The notes under the pieces were generated by a model that had not been told where the DNA came from, ran no database searches, and saw nothing but the letters and a program-made list of their open reading frames with translations. DNA of 64,000 nt from Gammaproteobacteria bacterium. GTDB taxonomy: Bacteria > Pseudomonadota > Gammaproteobacteria > Chromatiales > Chromatiaceae. Position 1 is the first letter of the stretch; each line of letters starts with the position of its first letter. Below, piece by piece: positions 21,911 to 36,069 of this stretch. A program made the translations under genes and the position numbers. The DNA lies in NCBI GenBank assembly GCA_009908845.1, contig JAAAOQ010000221.1, positions 13,048 through 77,047 on the forward strand. The letters run 5' to 3'.

Positions 21911-24094
21911 CTAACCATCCGAATCCTGCGCCGCCTCGTCTTCGGGTCGGCGCGGCACCTGACAGGCATCGAAGAATCGATAGTGCTCGATCGCCTCGAG
22001 GATGCCGGCAGCGAACGGCTTCTCGGCGAAGTAGATGCTTTCCGTATCGGTGAGCTGCGAGAGCTCCTCGTGATGGCGGTTGGCGACGACCACGGCCAGG
22101 GTATTGCCGCGCATCATGTCTTCATCGGCGCCGGAGCCGCCGGCGGTGAGGCAGTGCTCGATCGGGATGCTGAACTGGTCGGCCACATAGCGCAGTGCGA
22201 GCCCCTTCGAGGCGCGCGCCGGGACGACGTCGAGGAACTGACCGAACGAGAGGTTCAGATGCACGTTGAGATCGGCCTGGTGCAGGATACTGGCGATCTC
22301 GTCGAGGCAAGGGGCTCGCTCCGGGTCGATATAGAAGCTCACCTTGAAGCGGCTCTGCTCGGACTTGGGCTGACGCTCGATACCGGGCAGGTCGGTGAGC
22401 ACGTCGCGCACCCGGCGCGGATACCAGAGATGGTCGATATGTCGCGCCCAGGCGGCATCAGCGGTGAGCTGGGGAGCGTAGTAGATCTCGGTGCCGAGCG
22501 CGGTGATCAGCACGTCCGGACGCGGGATGCCGTAGCGGCGCATCACCTGCAGGGCCGAATCCAGCCGCCGGCCGGTCGCGATGCCGAAGCTGGTGCAGCT
22601 ATGGTTCTCGCGGATCATGCGCAGGAAATCGGCCAGGGCGTCGGGATCACCGAGCAGGTTCTGATCGAGGTCGGTAAAGATCGCCCGATCGTGATAGAGC
22701 ATCGGGCGCCGGGCCACCGGCGCTCGCGGTGGCGGCTCGACCTCGTCGAGCAAGGGCGCGATCGCCTTTACGTAACTTTCGGCGTGCGCCTCCCAGGAGT
22801 AGTGTGCCTTGACACCGCTGAGGCCGTTCTTGGCCATGGTCCTCCAGCGTGAAGCATCGCTGACGACCTTCAGCAGCGCCTTGGTGATGTCCTGCTTGTC
22901 GAGCGGGTCGATCAGGATGCCGTTCTTGCAATGGCTGATGATGTCGATCGGGCCGCCGTCCTCGGTCGCGACGATTGGCAAGCCACTGGCAGCGGCCTCG
23001 ATCAGGGTCAGCCCGAACGGCTCGGTCAATGCTGGGTTGATGAAGACGCCGCGCGAGGCGGCTGCAATCTGATAAAGGATCGGGACCTCGTCGGCGCTGT
23101 GGTGCTTCGGGTAGGCAACCTTGCCATAGAGGTCGTGCAGGTCGATCAGGATCAGGATATCGGTCAGGACCTGCTGCGCGCCGCTGTCGAGATCGCGGAT
23201 GTCGTCGCGATTACCGGCGACGATCACCAAGTTCGCGTTGTTCTGAAGCTCTTCGGACTCGCCGAACGCATCGACCAGGGTCGCGATATTCTTCCGCTCG
23301 TCGGGACGCGAGAGGGCGAGGATGATCGGCTTCTTCGGCTCGCGCAGGAAGCGGGCGAGCTCCTTCTTGATCGGCGCCTTCTGCTCGGCGCCATCTGGCG
23401 GGTGGAAGCGGGTCAGGTCGGTGCCGGGCGGGATCACCGACATCCGATTGGGCTGATAGTGGTCGTAGAGGCCGTATTGCTCCTGGATCTCTTGCGTCGT
23501 GCTGGTGACGACCAGGCTGGCGGCGCCGAGCGTCTCTTCCTCGGCGTCGATCCGACGATCCATGTTGTAGCGCGCGTCGATCACCTCCTGTTTGACGCCG
23601 GAGGCGAGTAGGCGGCGCCGTTTGACCCGACCGAGCGAATGGCCGGTGTGGACGAGCGGCACGCCGAGCTGGTTCGAGACTCGGGTGCCGACATAGCCGG
23701 CGTCGGCATAGTGACTGTGGATCAGGCTGGGTCCGGTCTCCTGATCGCGCAGGAAGCCGAGCATGTTGTCGGCAAAGGTATCGAGATAGTCCCAGAGCTG
23801 TTCCTTGGGCAGGTATTCGGCGGGACCGGCTTCGATGCGGACGATACGCGCGCCGTTGCCGATCTCTTCGACCGGCTGGGCGTAATCCGGGCTCACATGC
23901 GGATCATCGACGAGGCGGGTGAAGAGGTCGACCCGCTCGACATCGTCCCGCGCAGCGAGCGCTCTGGCCAACTCGACGACATAGAGCGTCTGGCCGCCGG
24001 TATCGGCGTCGCGTCCGAGCTCGAGATTGTTGCCGCGGATAAGGCCGTGGACACTGATCAAGACGAGATAGCGAGAATCTGGCGGTGGGGTCAT
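21911..24094 (-). CDS. sps: Sucrose-phosphate synthase with C-terminal HAD (SPP-like) domain
   Basis: HGLIRGNNLELGRDADTGGQTLY, EPFGLTLIEAAASGLP, C-terminal FTDLDQNL and GGSGADEDM. ATG at 24094 preferred. Confidence 0.93.
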   Translation of the reverse strand: MTPPPDSRYLVLISVHGLIRGNNLELGRDADTGGQTLYVVELARALAARDDVERVDLFTRLVDDPHVSPDYAQPVEEIGNGARIVRIEAGPAEYLPKEQLWDYLDTFADNMLGFLRDQETGPSLIHSHYADAGYVGTRVSNQLGVPLVHTGHSLGRVKRRRLLASGVKQEVIDARYNMDRRIDAEEETLGAASLVVTSTTQEIQEQYGLYDHYQPNRMSVIPPGTDLTRFHPPDGAEQKAPIKKELARFLREPKKPIILALSRPDERKNIATLVDAFGESEELQNNANLVIVAGNRDDIRDLDSGAQQVLTDILILIDLHDLYGKVAYPKHHSADEVPILYQIAAASRGVFINPALTEPFGLTLIEAAASGLPIVATEDGGPIDIISHCKNGILIDPLDKQDITKALLKVVSDASRWRTMAKNGLSGVKAHYSWEAHAESYVKAIAPLLDEVEPPPRAPVARRPMLYHDRAIFTDLDQNLLGDPDALADFLRMIRENHSCTSFGIATGRRLDSALQVMRRYGIPRPDVLITALGTEIYYAPQLTADAAWARHIDHLWYPRRVRDVLTDLPGIERQPKSEQSRFKVSFYIDPERAPCLDEIASILHQADLNVHLNLSFGQFLDVVPARASKGLALRYVADQFSIPIEHCLTAGGSGADEDMMRGNTLAVVVANRHHEELSQLTDTESIYFAEKPFAAGILEAIEHYRFFDACQVPRRPEDEAAQDSDG

Positions 24095-24448
24095 ACGGCT
24101 GGCTGGCACGAGTCGGAGTCGGAAATGATCTCTCGGTTCCCAAGGTCGCCAAGCGCGACGACACGCGCTGCGGCCGGACAGTCTAGATCGTTATGGGAGG
24201 CCGATAAGTCCTAGCAAAACACCTGCTGGTCATTAGAACCTCAGGAAATCGTCAGGGCTGCGCGGTCATGTTGATCGAGCCTCCGGGAACCCGCTGGGCG
24301 ATGCGATCGCGTGGCTGTTTACATCGAAGGATCATGAAGAATATCGGATCTGAGCTGAGGCTGCCCGCTCGGATCTGCACGTCGCGGGCAGATTCGGAAA
24401 GATCCTGACTGTCGCGACGCATGCGGTTTCACGTAGAATCCGGCGACT

Positions 24449-25447
24449 ATGGACCTGAACTTTCTCGATTTCGAACAACCGGTCGCCGAGCTCGAGGCGA
24501 AGATCGAAGAGCTGCGCCACCTCGGCGCGACGCTCGGTGCCCAACATCTGGGCCGGCATGGTCCCGGCGATGAGGACGGCATCAATATCGCCGACGAGAT
24601 CGAGCACCTGGAGACCAAGAGCCGGGCGCTGACCGAGCAGATCTTCTCGTCGCTGACGCCCTGGCAGATCTCGCAGTTGTCGCGGCATCCGCTGCGGCCC
24701 TACTTCCTCGATTACGTCGACCGCGTCTTCGAGGGGTTTCAGGAGCTGCACGGCGATCGGGCCTTTGCCGACGACCGTGCGATCGTCGGCGGGTTGGCGC
24801 GGCTCGACGGCCAGGCGGTGATGGTTATCGGCCATCAGAAGGGCCGCGACACCAAGGAGAAGATCAGCCGCAACTTCGGCATGCCGCGGCCGGAAGGGTA
24901 TCGCAAGGCGCTGCGGTTGATGCAGATGGCCGAGCGTTTCGGCCTGCCGATCCTGACCTTCATCGATACGCCGGGCGCCTATCCGGGGGTCGGCGCCGAG
25001 GAGCGTGGCCAAAGCGAGGCGATCGCGCGCAACCTGCAGGTGATGGCCGGGCTGCGGGTGCCTATCATCGTGACCGTGACCGGCGAGGGCGGCTCGGGTG
25101 GTGCCTTGGCGATCGGGGTCGGCGATCGGCTGATCATGCTCCAGTTCAGTACCTATTCGGTGATCTCACCCGAGGGCTGTGCCTCGATCCTCTGGAAGAG
25201 CGCCGAGAAGGCCCAGTCCGCGGCCGAGGCGATGGCGATCACCTCGGATCGACTGTATGAGCTCGGTCTGGTCGATGCGGTGGTGCCTGAGCCCCGCGGC
25301 GGCGCGCATCGCAATGTCGACGATACCGCCTCTTCGTTGAAGATGGTGCTGGTGGACGAGTTGCAGCAGGTCATGAGTCAGCCGGTCGGTCAGCTACTCG
25401 TCGCCCGCTATGAGCGCTTGCGCGGGTACGGGCGTTTCAAGGACTGA
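24449..25447 (+). CDS. accA: Acetyl-CoA carboxylase carboxyltransferase alpha subunit
   Basis: [39 protein letters not shown]. Confidence 0.97.
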   Translation: MDLNFLDFEQPVAELEAKIEELRHLGATLGAQHLGRHGPGDEDGINIADEIEHLETKSRALTEQIFSSLTPWQISQLSRHPLRPYFLDYVDRVFEGFQELHGDRAFADDRAIVGGLARLDGQAVMVIGHQKGRDTKEKISRNFGMPRPEGYRKALRLMQMAERFGLPILTFIDTPGAYPGVGAEERGQSEAIARNLQVMAGLRVPIIVTVTGEGGSGGALAIGVGDRLIMLQFSTYSVISPEGCASILWKSAEKAQSAAEAMAITSDRLYELGLVDAVVPEPRGGAHRNVDDTASSLKMVLVDELQQVMSQPVGQLLVARYERLRGYGRFKD

Positions 25448-25558
25448 GCGGGCGTTCGGCGGTGGGCACAGCCGTTCCGGTCCCGAGCGGCACCGCTCGC
25501 TCTCTAGCCTATCGGTCCGGTGAGCCGCGTTGCAGCGCGTCGATGAGCGACTGCTGGC

Positions 25559-26863
25559 ATGGCTGCGTTCTCGGTTGAGGTCCTGCGAAGCGAGCTCGAG
25601 CGCTGGCCGTTCCCCGCGAGGCTATGGCTCGCCTTCAGTGGAGGGCTCGATTCCCATGTGCTCTTGCATGCCTGTTCCCGGCTGCGGGAGCGGCTTTCGC
25701 TGCGGCTGCATGCGATCCATGTCGATCATGGCCTGAATCCGGCCTCTGGTGACTGGTCCAACCATTGTCGGGCGGTCTGTGCCGGACTTGATGTCCCGTT
25801 CACGAGGCGCCAGGTGCAGGTCTCGCGCCGCTCGGGCGAGAGTCTCGAGGCCGTTGCTCGGGAGATGCGCTATCGTGTCTTGGCCGAGGTGCTTGCCCCT
25901 GGCGATATGCTGATGACGGCGCAGCATCTCGATGACCAGGCCGAGACACTGTTGCTGGCCCTGTTGCGTGGCAGCGGTGTGCACGGGCTGGCAGCGATGC
26001 CGCAATCGGCGCCGCTCGGGTCCGGAACACTGCTGCGCCCATTGCTCGGGATCGAGCGCGATGCCCTGCTGGCCTATGCGCGGGAGCACCATCTGTGCTG
26101 GCTGGATGATCCGGCGAACGAGCCCCTGGCATTTGACCGCAACCGGTTGCGCTCCCGAGTATTGCCGTTGCTCCGTGAGCGCTGGCCGGCGGCAGCACGA
26201 ACCATCGCGCGCTCTGCGGGACATTGCGCCGACGCGGCGCAGACCCTCGACGAATGGGCGGATGCGCAGTTGCCGGCGGTTGCGGGCGGCCGGCCTGGTA
26301 CGCTTTCGGTGGCAGGCTTGGCCGCACTCCAGCCGCGTCAGGCCCGCCTGCTGTTGAGGCGCTGGCTGACCGCAAGAGGCTTCCTGGCCCCCAGCACTGT
26401 GTTCTTGAGGCGCATCCTCGACGAGGTCCTCGGTGCGCGCGCGGATGCGACCCCATTGGTCGCTTGGCCAGGGTGCGAGGTGCGTCGCTATCGGGACGAT
26501 CTGTTCGCATTGGTGCCGCTGCCGCCGCCTCCGGCAGTGGCGCTCGATTGGGTTGAAGGGCACAAGCTCGAACTGCCGAGCGGTCTCGGTTGGCTCGAGG
26601 CGCCACAGGCGCCGTTACCGCCGCTTCAGGTTCGATTCGGCGAGCCAGGCCGACTGTGTGCGGCAGAGGCCCGGCCGCGGCGTCCGCTGACCAAGTTGTT
26701 CCAAGAGGCTGGCATTCCGAGCTGGCTGCGCCCGTTGGTGCCACTGTTGGTCGATCCAGCAGGCGCGTTGCGGTTGGTCCCCGGTGTCTGCGGCTGCGGG
26801 CTGTCGAAGACGGCCGTCCGTTGGCATGGTCATCCGTGGGAAGGGTTCGGGTGGTTCGACTGA
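25559..26863 (+). CDS. tilS: tRNA(Ile)-lysidine synthase
   Basis: AFSGGLDS PP-loop, HVDHGL, HLDDQAET, DRNRLR; follows accA. Confidence 0.95.
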   Translation: MAAFSVEVLRSELERWPFPARLWLAFSGGLDSHVLLHACSRLRERLSLRLHAIHVDHGLNPASGDWSNHCRAVCAGLDVPFTRRQVQVSRRSGESLEAVAREMRYRVLAEVLAPGDMLMTAQHLDDQAETLLLALLRGSGVHGLAAMPQSAPLGSGTLLRPLLGIERDALLAYAREHHLCWLDDPANEPLAFDRNRLRSRVLPLLRERWPAAARTIARSAGHCADAAQTLDEWADAQLPAVAGGRPGTLSVAGLAALQPRQARLLLRRWLTARGFLAPSTVFLRRILDEVLGARADATPLVAWPGCEVRRYRDDLFALVPLPPPPAVALDWVEGHKLELPSGLGWLEAPQAPLPPLQVRFGEPGRLCAAEARPRRPLTKLFQEAGIPSWLRPLVPLLVDPAGALRLVPGVCGCGLSKTAVRWHGHPWEGFGWFD

Positions 26864-26918
26864 GAACCGCAGTGCCGGCTCCGCGCGTTCAATTCTCTTT
26901 CGTATCCTGTCCGCTCTT

Positions 26919-26992
26919 TAGACGCCCTATCAGGCGGCCGCTTGACTCGTGCAAGCTCCTGAATCCGCTGGCTGTAGGACTCATTTTGGTAG
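26919..26992. mobile_element. MITE family A, copy 3 (inverted)
   Basis: TAGACGCCCTATCAGGCGGCCGCTTGACTCGTGCAAGCTCCTGA resembles the reverse complement of about 5186-5232. Confidence 0.65.
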
Positions 26993-27003
26993 ACCGGCCG
27001 CCC

Positions 27004-27867
27004 TCAGTACAGGCTGCTCAGCATCTTGGCCCGATAGTGCGTTACCAGCTCGCCGCTGCCGCCGAGCAGGTCGAAGATCGCGAGCATGCCCTTGCGGGCC
27101 GCGTCGTCGCCGTATTGACGGTCGCGCCGCAGCAGCGTCAGCAGGTTCTCGAGGGCCGATTCGAGGTCATCAGCGAGCACCTGGCGCGCAGCCAACTGGT
27201 AGCGCGCCTCGCTATTGTTCGGGTCTTCGGCCAGGATCGAGGTCAGCGCCTCCGTTGGTGGCGCCTCGGCGGCTGCGGCGCTGAATGCGAGCCGTCCGCG
27301 GAGTGCCGCCAGCTCGGGGTCATCGGCGAGGTCGAGCGGCGTGCGCTCGAGCATCGCCAATGCACCATCGGCATCGCCTTCTGCGGCCTTCAGCTGGACC
27401 TGGGCGATGAACAGGCGATTGTTGTCGGGGTCCTCGCGCTCGGCGCGCTCGATCAGCGCTGCGGCGCCGCTCAGGTCACCACCGGCCATCGCGTCCCGCG
27501 CCTGGTCCAGCAGGCGGTCCGAGGCGCGGCTGATATGCCGGGCGAGGAATTCTCGGATCTGCCCCTCGGGCAGGGCACCCATGAACTGATCGACGGGCTG
27601 GCCGTCCTTGTACAACTGCACCGTTGGCAGGCTGCGGATGCCGGCCTGTGCGGCGAGTGCCTGCTCGGCCTCGGTGTCGACCTTTGCGAGCAGGAGCTGG
27701 CCTTTGAATTCGTCGGCGAGCCGCGACAGGATGGGCATCAGCTGTCGGCAAGGCGCGCACCAGTCGGCCCAGAAGTCCACGAGCACCGGCCGCTCGAACG
27801 AGCCCTGGATGACCACGGACTCGAAGTCGGCGGCGGTAACGGTCGCAATATGAGGAGAGTCTGTCAT
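27004..27867 (-). CDS. cnoX: Thioredoxin-TPR chaperedoxin (YbbN/CnoX family)
   Basis: WADWCAPC thioredoxin domain plus TPR-like helical C-terminus ending YRAKMLSSLY. Confidence 0.9.
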   Translation of the reverse strand: MTDSPHIATVTAADFESVVIQGSFERPVLVDFWADWCAPCRQLMPILSRLADEFKGQLLLAKVDTEAEQALAAQAGIRSLPTVQLYKDGQPVDQFMGALPEGQIREFLARHISRASDRLLDQARDAMAGGDLSGAAALIERAEREDPDNNRLFIAQVQLKAAEGDADGALAMLERTPLDLADDPELAALRGRLAFSAAAAEAPPTEALTSILAEDPNNSEARYQLAARQVLADDLESALENLLTLLRRDRQYGDDAARKGMLAIFDLLGGSGELVTHYRAKMLSSLY

Positions 27868-28053
27868 GCGCGGTTCCCTTCTTGGTGAGTTGCGCGGAGG
27901 TTTCAAGTTTGGCGCTTGTTCTCCGGTTGGAAAATAATTGGGGCTTCACCTTCAATCAAGCTAGTGGGCCCTGACCTAGGTTGAGCAGTGCGCTTGCTGC
28001 GCAGCGTTCACCGGCTGCACTGATGTTTGGGGTCGTTTACAGGAGGAATGCCC

Positions 28054-28488
28054 ATGTCAAACCCAATCCATGTCGTCTGTCCGCACTGCGATGCGGTCAA
28101 TCGGCTTCCGGCCGAGCGTCTTGTCGAGGGCGGGCACTGCGGACAGTGCCATCGTCCACTGTTCGAAGGCCGCCCCATCGCGCTGAATCAGGCACGTTTC
28201 GACCGTCACACCGCGCGCAGCGATCTGCCGTTAGTGGTCGATTTCTGGGCGTCGTGGTGCGGACCCTGCCAGATGATGGCGCCCGCGTTCGAGGCCGCAG
28301 CGGGGCAGCTGGAGCCGCGTGCCCGGCTCGCGAAGGTCAATACCGAGGAGGAGCAGGGGCTGGCGATGCGCTTCGGGATTCGCAGCATCCCGACCATCGC
28401 GATCTTCGCTGGCGGCCAGGAACGCGCCCGTCAAGCCGGTGCGATGGATACCAACGGGATCGTGCGCTGGGTTGAATCTCAGCTCTAG
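28054..28488 (+). CDS. trxC: Thioredoxin 2
   Basis: CPHC/CGQC zinc finger, WCGPC active site, AGGAGG RBS. Confidence 0.93.
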   Translation: MSNPIHVVCPHCDAVNRLPAERLVEGGHCGQCHRPLFEGRPIALNQARFDRHTARSDLPLVVDFWASWCGPCQMMAPAFEAAAGQLEPRARLAKVNTEEEQGLAMRFGIRSIPTIAIFAGGQERARQAGAMDTNGIVRWVESQL

Positions 28489-28562
28489 GCGCCGGGAACT
28501 AAGCGTAGCTGGCCTGTCCCGCAAGGACGGTCGAGGCTCGTGTCGACTGGTGACGACACCGG

Positions 28563-29387
28563 TCAGACGTCCTCTTGCATGTTGCCGCGCAACGCGCGGT
28601 AGCGCTCGCGGATCTCGAATAGGCTGTGTGCTGGCTCGTGTCGCTTGGCGGGTGTCAGGAAAGATTCCAGCTTCCGTGCCAACTTCAGCGTGTTGTGCTC
28701 CTGCAGGATCGCCATGACTCCGTCGCTGATCAGTGTTTGCAGCATCAGCTCCTTTGAGGTCTTTGCGCTGATGTTTTCAGCAATCGGCGTAAGCAGGAAA
28801 TTACCGAGCAAGATGCCGTAGAGCGTCGAAGTGAGCGCGATCGGGATGCTGTTCAGGATGACATCGGGGTCGCCAATCCCGGCCAGCATCCCGATCAGAC
28901 CAACAACCGAGCCGGCGACACCGAAGGCGGGCGCCAACTGCGCCATATATCGAAACAGCCGCTCATGTCGACCACGCCGCTGACTGAAGTAGTGCATCTC
29001 AGTGACCAGGATGTCGCGGACCTCGCTGGGCTTGTAGCCGTCGACAACCATACCCAGCGCTGAGCGCAAGAAGCTTACGGTTGTATGACCCTCGACCTGC
29101 TCCAGGGCGAGGATGCCATGTTGGCGAGAGCGCACCGCGATATCGAGCATTGAATCGATGATCTCGTACTCGGTCGGGGTCTTGCGGGTGTAACTGTTGA
29201 ACGCGACCAAAGCGGCGGCGCGGATCTCACTCGAGGGATAGCTGAGAAAGGTTGCCCCGAGGGTTCCAGACAAGACGATCACCACCGCGATCGCGTTCAG
29301 GAACAACGCCGAGTGATCGGTTAGCAGAAAGCTGCTGGCGAATAGGGTGCCGAAGAAGGCAACGGCGAGGAGGTTCATTCGGCTCAT
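28563..29387 (-). CDS. MotA/PomA-family stator subunit
   Basis: RQHGILALE, VVDG, APAFG...VGLIGML, ALTSTLYG. Confidence 0.88.
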   Translation of the reverse strand: MSRMNLLAVAFFGTLFASSFLLTDHSALFLNAIAVVIVLSGTLGATFLSYPSSEIRAAALVAFNSYTRKTPTEYEIIDSMLDIAVRSRQHGILALEQVEGHTTVSFLRSALGMVVDGYKPSEVRDILVTEMHYFSQRRGRHERLFRYMAQLAPAFGVAGSVVGLIGMLAGIGDPDVILNSIPIALTSTLYGILLGNFLLTPIAENISAKTSKELMLQTLISDGVMAILQEHNTLKLARKLESFLTPAKRHEPAHSLFEIRERYRALRGNMQEDV

Positions 29388-30508
29388 TGGGGCGTCTCAT
29401 TCGGCTCCGAGGATAGATCGTCCGGCTCCGGGATCTCACGAGTGATGATGATCTCCACGCGGCGGTTGAGTGCGCGGTTGGCGTCGTTGGTATTGGCGGC
29501 CGCCGGCTTGAACTCGCCGTGACCCATCACCGTGAAGCGTCGCGGATCGATGTCGGCGCGATCGATCAGATAGCGGGCAACCCGTGCCGCACGCGCCGTT
29601 GAAAGCTCCCAGTTGCTTGGGAAGACCTCAGTGTCGACCGGATAATCATCAGTATGCCCGATGACATGCACATTATACGGCGTCTGCTCGATCACGTCGG
29701 CAAGGCGATCCAAGAAGTCGCGCACCTGAGGTCTTAGACGTGCCTTCCCCAACTCGAAAAACATTGGGCCTTTCACGCTGACCTTCACCGAGTCATCTTC
29801 CAACAGCACGATCTCGACATTGTCGACGCGCGCATCGCGCACAGCATCCTGGCTGCGCTCGAAGACATTGACGCGCATCAGCGGGGCGAAGCTCGGGAAC
29901 TGCGTATCCTGACCGATGCCTGGGATCGGCACTGGCTGCTTTTCGGTTTGCTCACGGATGCCCGATTCCATCTCGCGCTCGCCCTGCTGTCGGTGTGCTG
30001 CTTGGTACTCGCGTTCGGCGTTTTCGACAAGGCGTTGGTTCTCGCGCATCTGCAGCGTGACCAACACGGCGAACAGCACGAACATCACCATCATCAGATC
30101 ACCCCATGGGATCAGCCACTGGTTGCTCGACTGTGCGCCGATCTGGGTGGCTATCTTGGGCCCCTCACGCTGCCAAGCCGCTGGTCCAGCAGGAATCGGC
30201 TCGGACAACCGTGTGTGAGCGGAAACCGGCTCGTCGCCGGATTGCGGGGCGTCTTCCGTTGCTTCGGCAGATGTCGCACTGATCGCGGACGGGGTTGCTG
30301 CCTCGGTATCGCGGTCGCTTCCCGAATCGTCCTCTGCCCCGCGCGAAGACTCGGGTGTTTCGGGCGAGGACTCCGGCTGGGTGGCCGAGCTCGATCCCGG
30401 GACCCCAGGAGGTGTTGCATCCTGCTGTGAGTGCTGCGTTTCCGCAGCAATGCCATCCTTGCGGTTTTGGGCCGGGGAAGGTTCGTTTGGGGGAGGCGTC
30501 TCGGCCAT
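29384..30508 (-). CDS. MotB/PomB-family stator subunit with OmpA-like domain and long N-terminal extension
   Basis: TM segment WLIPWGDLMMVMFVLF with conserved Asp; GHTD, SNWELSTARA, NRRVEI. Start set at ATG 30508 (uncertain). Confidence 0.85.
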   Translation of the reverse strand: MAETPPPNEPSPAQNRKDGIAAETQHSQQDATPPGVPGSSSATQPESSPETPESSRGAEDDSGSDRDTEAATPSAISATSAEATEDAPQSGDEPVSAHTRLSEPIPAGPAAWQREGPKIATQIGAQSSNQWLIPWGDLMMVMFVLFAVLVTLQMRENQRLVENAEREYQAAHRQQGEREMESGIREQTEKQPVPIPGIGQDTQFPSFAPLMRVNVFERSQDAVRDARVDNVEIVLLEDDSVKVSVKGPMFFELGKARLRPQVRDFLDRLADVIEQTPYNVHVIGHTDDYPVDTEVFPSNWELSTARAARVARYLIDRADIDPRRFTVMGHGEFKPAAANTNDANRALNRRVEIIITREIPEPDDLSSEPNETPQ

Positions 30509-31150
30509 GCGAACTAGCGTCTTGAGTCTGAATCGGAAGAGCTGCAGGGAAGCATCGGAACGGGCGAGGGTCAATCTTAAATCCGATAGCTTGCAAGGGT
30601 TGCCCTCAATTCCGGATCGGATGGTGCCGGATCGCCCGCGCAGCCGCGGTGGGCCTACCGCCACCCCTTGGCCAAATACTAGTGTCTCCAAACAGAGCCA
30701 CCAAATCCAGGCCATGTCGTCATTAGCTTGAGCAGGGCCTGACCAGGATTCTCGAAGGCTCAGGTTGTGACTCCGTTCGTACGGCTGGAGGATGCAGAGC
30801 AAACGGGTCATGAAGGCTGCAGGCATGAAGGAACAGCCGTCAGCGTGAGGAGTTACAGCTCTGGCGAGGCCCAGGGATGCATCACATCACCCAGGAGAAA
30901 GCAGCCGGGGCGTGGGGGGTTGGCCGGAAATTGGTCGGAAAGGGGAATTCATCATCGGTGCTAGCAACCTAGAACTGTGCTGCGCTGCAACAACGCCTAA
31001 TAGACAGGGCGCGAGCGTTTCGCTAACATCCGCACCCGTTTGCACGCGCGCCGGGTTCGGTTGCGGCATGCCGACCTGAGTCGGCTCTTGGCGACGCATC
31101 CGATCTCACTCTTGGCGTATGCTGCACCACCGATTGCCTCGGAGACTGTG

Positions 31151-32314
31151 TTGACGATTCCAGCGATCCTCGTCCTGCAAGACGGCTCGGTCTTTCATGG
31201 GACGTCTATCGGCGCCCGCGGCCAAAGTGTCGGCGAGGTCGTCTTCAATACGGCGATGACCGGCTATCAGGAGATCCTGACCGATCCCTCATACCGACGG
31301 CAGCTTGTCACGCTGACCTATCCGCACATCGGGAACACCGGTGTGAACGATGAGGACGAGGAGTCGACGGCGGTTCAGGCCGCTGGATTGATCATCCGCG
31401 ACCTGCCCATCGTGGCGAGTAATTTTCGGCGACGGGAGACCCTGAGCGAGTATCTCGAGCGGCATCAGGTCGTCGGCATCGCCGACATCGATACGCGCCG
31501 GCTGACGCGGCTGCTGCGCGAGAAGGGGGCGCAGAATGGCTGCCTGATCGCCGGTGGGGATGCCGATGAGCAGGCGGCCCTCGCGGCCGCGGCTGCGTTC
31601 CCAGGGCTCAAGGGGATGGACCTGGCGCGGGAGGCCGGGGTCAGCAGCCCGTATCGCTGGACGCAGGGGACTTGGAGCCTTGCCGGCGGGTTGCCTGAGC
31701 CCTCGCCGTGGGATGACAACCGGCTGAGGCGCCATGTCGTCGCCTATGACTACGGGATCAAACGCAACATCTTGCGATTGCTCGTGGATCATGGCTGCCG
31801 GGTCACGGTGGTGCCCCCGCAGACGCCTGTCTCGGAGGTGCTCGCGTTGGAGCCGGACGGGATCTTCTTGAGCAATGGACCGGGCGACCCGGAGCCCTGC
31901 GATTACGCGATTGCGGCGATCCGTGAGCTGCTCTCGCTCGACATGCCGTTGTTCGGCATCTGTCTCGGGCACCAGCTGCTCGGGTTGGCCACTGGGGCGC
32001 AGAGCGTCAAGATGAAGTTCGGACATCACGGTGCGAATCATCCGGTGCAGGATCTGGCAACCGCTCGGGTGATGATCAGCAGCCAGAATCATGGCTTCGC
32101 GATCGATGAGCAGAGCCTGCCGGACGAGGTCGAGGCGACGCATCGCTCGCTATTCGACGGGTCACTGCAGGGTCTGCGGCACCGGACGCATCCAGCCTTC
32201 AGCTTCCAGGGACACCCGGAAGCGAGCCCCGGACCGCACGATGTAGCGCCCTTGTTCGCGCAGTTCACCGCGATGATGGATGCGTGCGCCGAGCGCTCCG
32301 GAAAACCTGTTTGA
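31151..32314 (+). CDS. carA: Carbamoyl-phosphate synthase small subunit
   Basis: [42 protein letters not shown] start after GGAG. Confidence 0.96.
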   Translation: MTIPAILVLQDGSVFHGTSIGARGQSVGEVVFNTAMTGYQEILTDPSYRRQLVTLTYPHIGNTGVNDEDEESTAVQAAGLIIRDLPIVASNFRRRETLSEYLERHQVVGIADIDTRRLTRLLREKGAQNGCLIAGGDADEQAALAAAAAFPGLKGMDLAREAGVSSPYRWTQGTWSLAGGLPEPSPWDDNRLRRHVVAYDYGIKRNILRLLVDHGCRVTVVPPQTPVSEVLALEPDGIFLSNGPGDPEPCDYAIAAIRELLSLDMPLFGICLGHQLLGLATGAQSVKMKFGHHGANHPVQDLATARVMISSQNHGFAIDEQSLPDEVEATHRSLFDGSLQGLRHRTHPAFSFQGHPEASPGPHDVAPLFAQFTAMMDACAERSGKPV

Positions 32315-32586
32315 GCGGTCAATTCGGCAGACGCCAACGGCTAGCAGGCACAACCGAGCCCATCCTTCAATCTTGGCGGTGGCGCACTGGCGAGGGCCGC
32401 ACGAGCCGGTGGGCGGGGCAGCCCGCGCCGCGGTCGCTGGATGGCCCTGCTGAAGGCCGTTATCGCGTGGGCCGGCCGTCACTCCGTCCCCTAGGCCGGG
32501 GTCAGATCAGGCCGACCGCACAAGACTTAATCACGCGTCTTCTGGACGCGACAACCGACTCAGAACCTCGGATACGCTTCTAGGCC

Positions 32587-35793
<3,207 letters not shown>

Positions 35794-36069
35794 GTGCCCG
35801 CTCGCAGGTAGTCTCAGCCTGTCGTTCCGCCCCGTTTGACGGGGCATCCCCGCATCATTCCGCTATACCGCTGGTGTTCCGAGGTCATCGGGTGCAGCCA
35901 GCGGGGGCTGGGCCGTTCATTGGCGGCTCCAGCGATTCTCGAGCCGATGTTCTAGCGCGAGTGCCATCCCGACCTCTCAAGGGTTGTGCGGGGCGGTTCG
36001 GCATTGCATGCCGATTGAAGTATCGACTGGGCGTCGCGACAGCACGTCCAAAAGCATGAGGATTTCCGC

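Noticed and set aside
24239-24257. TCAGG-N6-TCAGG direct repeat as an OmpR-family site between sps and accA
   Set aside because: Too short to distinguish from chance without conservation data.
28563-30508. Zorya ZorAB defence system
   Set aside because: The A subunit is normal length without the long ZorA tail, and no zorC/D/E-like genes are adjacent.
31096-31110. 14-bp match CATCCGATCTCACT with about 59144-59157
   Set aside because: A match of this length is expected by chance in a 64-kb window.
30509-31150. ncRNA, riboswitch or carA attenuator in the 640-bp intergenic region
   Set aside because: Only weak hairpins and no recognisable family motif; needs an Rfam/Infernal scan.
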